A stretch of DNA of 64,000 nt, filler included, from Diploschistes diacapsis (Eukaryota): assembly GCA_023645945.1 (NCBI GenBank). It is 26 parts of 26 records of this genome, joined end to end, with 100 filler letters (N's around TTAATTAATTAA, not from the genome) between each part and the next. Parts side by side here need not be neighbours in the genome. Positions count along the whole stretch, not along the records: positions 62,998 to 64,000 come from JALAIB010004347.1; 25 more parts are not named here. One strand, given 5' to 3'. Positions 62,998 through 64,000 of this stretch are shown in pieces. A program made the translations under genes and the position numbers. Below the pieces are notes generated by a model that saw only the letters and a list, made by a program, of their open reading frames with translations, was not told the DNA's origin and ran no database searches. Position 1 is the stretch's first letter. Every line of letters begins with the position of its first letter.

Positions 62998-63738
62998 CTA
63001 TTTAAGAAATATAAATATATCTAATAAAACTTTTAAAGAAGTTGTCGTATAGACGAACCGAGTATATCTTAAAGGTTCTTTTTTAATAATTATTTGCGAT
63101 ATTGCCGTTTGATTACGAAATTATTATCGACGTCATTAACACGTAAATCGATAATGTTTTATCCGTCAATATCGATTTCGATAGATGACTTAATAGACTC
63201 ACCGATAAACAAAATAAATTAATGAAAGAAGTTGTAACATATTCTTTACGTTATAATAAATCATAGCACTCTAAAAGCTTCCGTTTCTAGACACGATCCG
63301 ACGAAAAACGACACCGCTATTGTAACCTAATAAAAGGATGTCTACTTTATAAGGACAATAATTATCGCGCAATACAATATAAACTCGCTAAAAAGTTCAG
63401 GCAAATAATCATCGCAGCAAAAGACAAGAAACGAAAAAAAAAGAATCCCGAAACATCCGCGACAAAAAAAAAGCAAGAACAAACGCGCCTACAATACCGA
63501 AAGTTCAGACGATAAAAGTTTAAAAAGTTCAGAATCTAAATCTAAACCTAAACCTCAACTATATAATAATAAAATTAATAACATAATTAAAAACGTTATC
63601 ATCAAAAATAAGATTACTTTTATTAAATAAATCGTTAATACCGGCGCTTCATCACATATAACTAATCAATTACATCTGCTTAGAAACCTGACTCCTATTC
63701 GAAAACGACGAATCAAAATCGAAGAAAGAATGCTCAAT
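62998..63738 (+). mobile_element. Ty1/Copia gag-protease relic, interrupted by LTR-A at 63739
   Basis: *IVNTGASSHITNQLHLLRNL resembles Copia protease W..D(S/T)GASSHMT. Confidence 0.7.
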
Positions 63739-64000
63739 TGTTACAATCCAAGTGACTAGGTGACAGCCACTTGGCACTTCACAGCTGATCGGGCCTAACC
63801 CAACCACTCCTTGTATATAGTCCAATCATGGTGACATTGGTCACGTGATGAGTAGAAAGCCTTAAAGGCTATTTTATTCTTTATAAATAGAACGGAAGAA
63901 CGGTAATTTTATTTATTTATTAATCTATTTCGTTAAAAAATAGTTGATTATATAAGAATCTTTATTATAACTTTTTTAAGTTTTGATATGTTTATTCTTA

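Overview
This is not contiguous DNA. It is 26 assembly contigs of a filamentous ascomycete (Pezizomycotina, judged from GT-AG introns with CTRAC/CTGAC branch sites and from protein sequences), joined by an artificial 100-nt linker (N-TTAATTAATTAA-N). Two ~18-kb contigs are gene-rich. Contig 11450-29720 holds GRX5, ECT1, a broken ankyrin gene, NUP82, two GNAT acetyltransferases, a HeLo-like/Cys-rich/ankyrin protein, CBC2 and SNO1. Contig 41251-59472 holds BNA4/KMO, MAP1, a 4-TM protein, a P450 pseudogene, a CYP52-like P450, pyruvate kinase, a 4-exon mitofissin/ATG44 gene, DUF1769 and LYS12. The other 24 contigs (~1.04 kb each) are mostly AT-rich, RIP-mutated nests of transposon relics: Gypsy/chromovirus, Copia, Tc1, Fot1/pogo, several LTR families, three MITE/foldback families and a tandem Copia-type TRIM with 72-bp LTRs. 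The first contig also holds exon 1 of BET5. The best leads are (i) the NOD-less HeLo-like-ankyrin gene head-to-head with acetyltransferases, (ii) the miniature tandem retroelement primed by half-tRNA-iMet, (iii) an LTR family with interchangeable middle modules, and (iv) a non-canonical CGG splice acceptor in ECT1. All family assignments come from motif recognition by eye; no database search was run, and novelty is untested.
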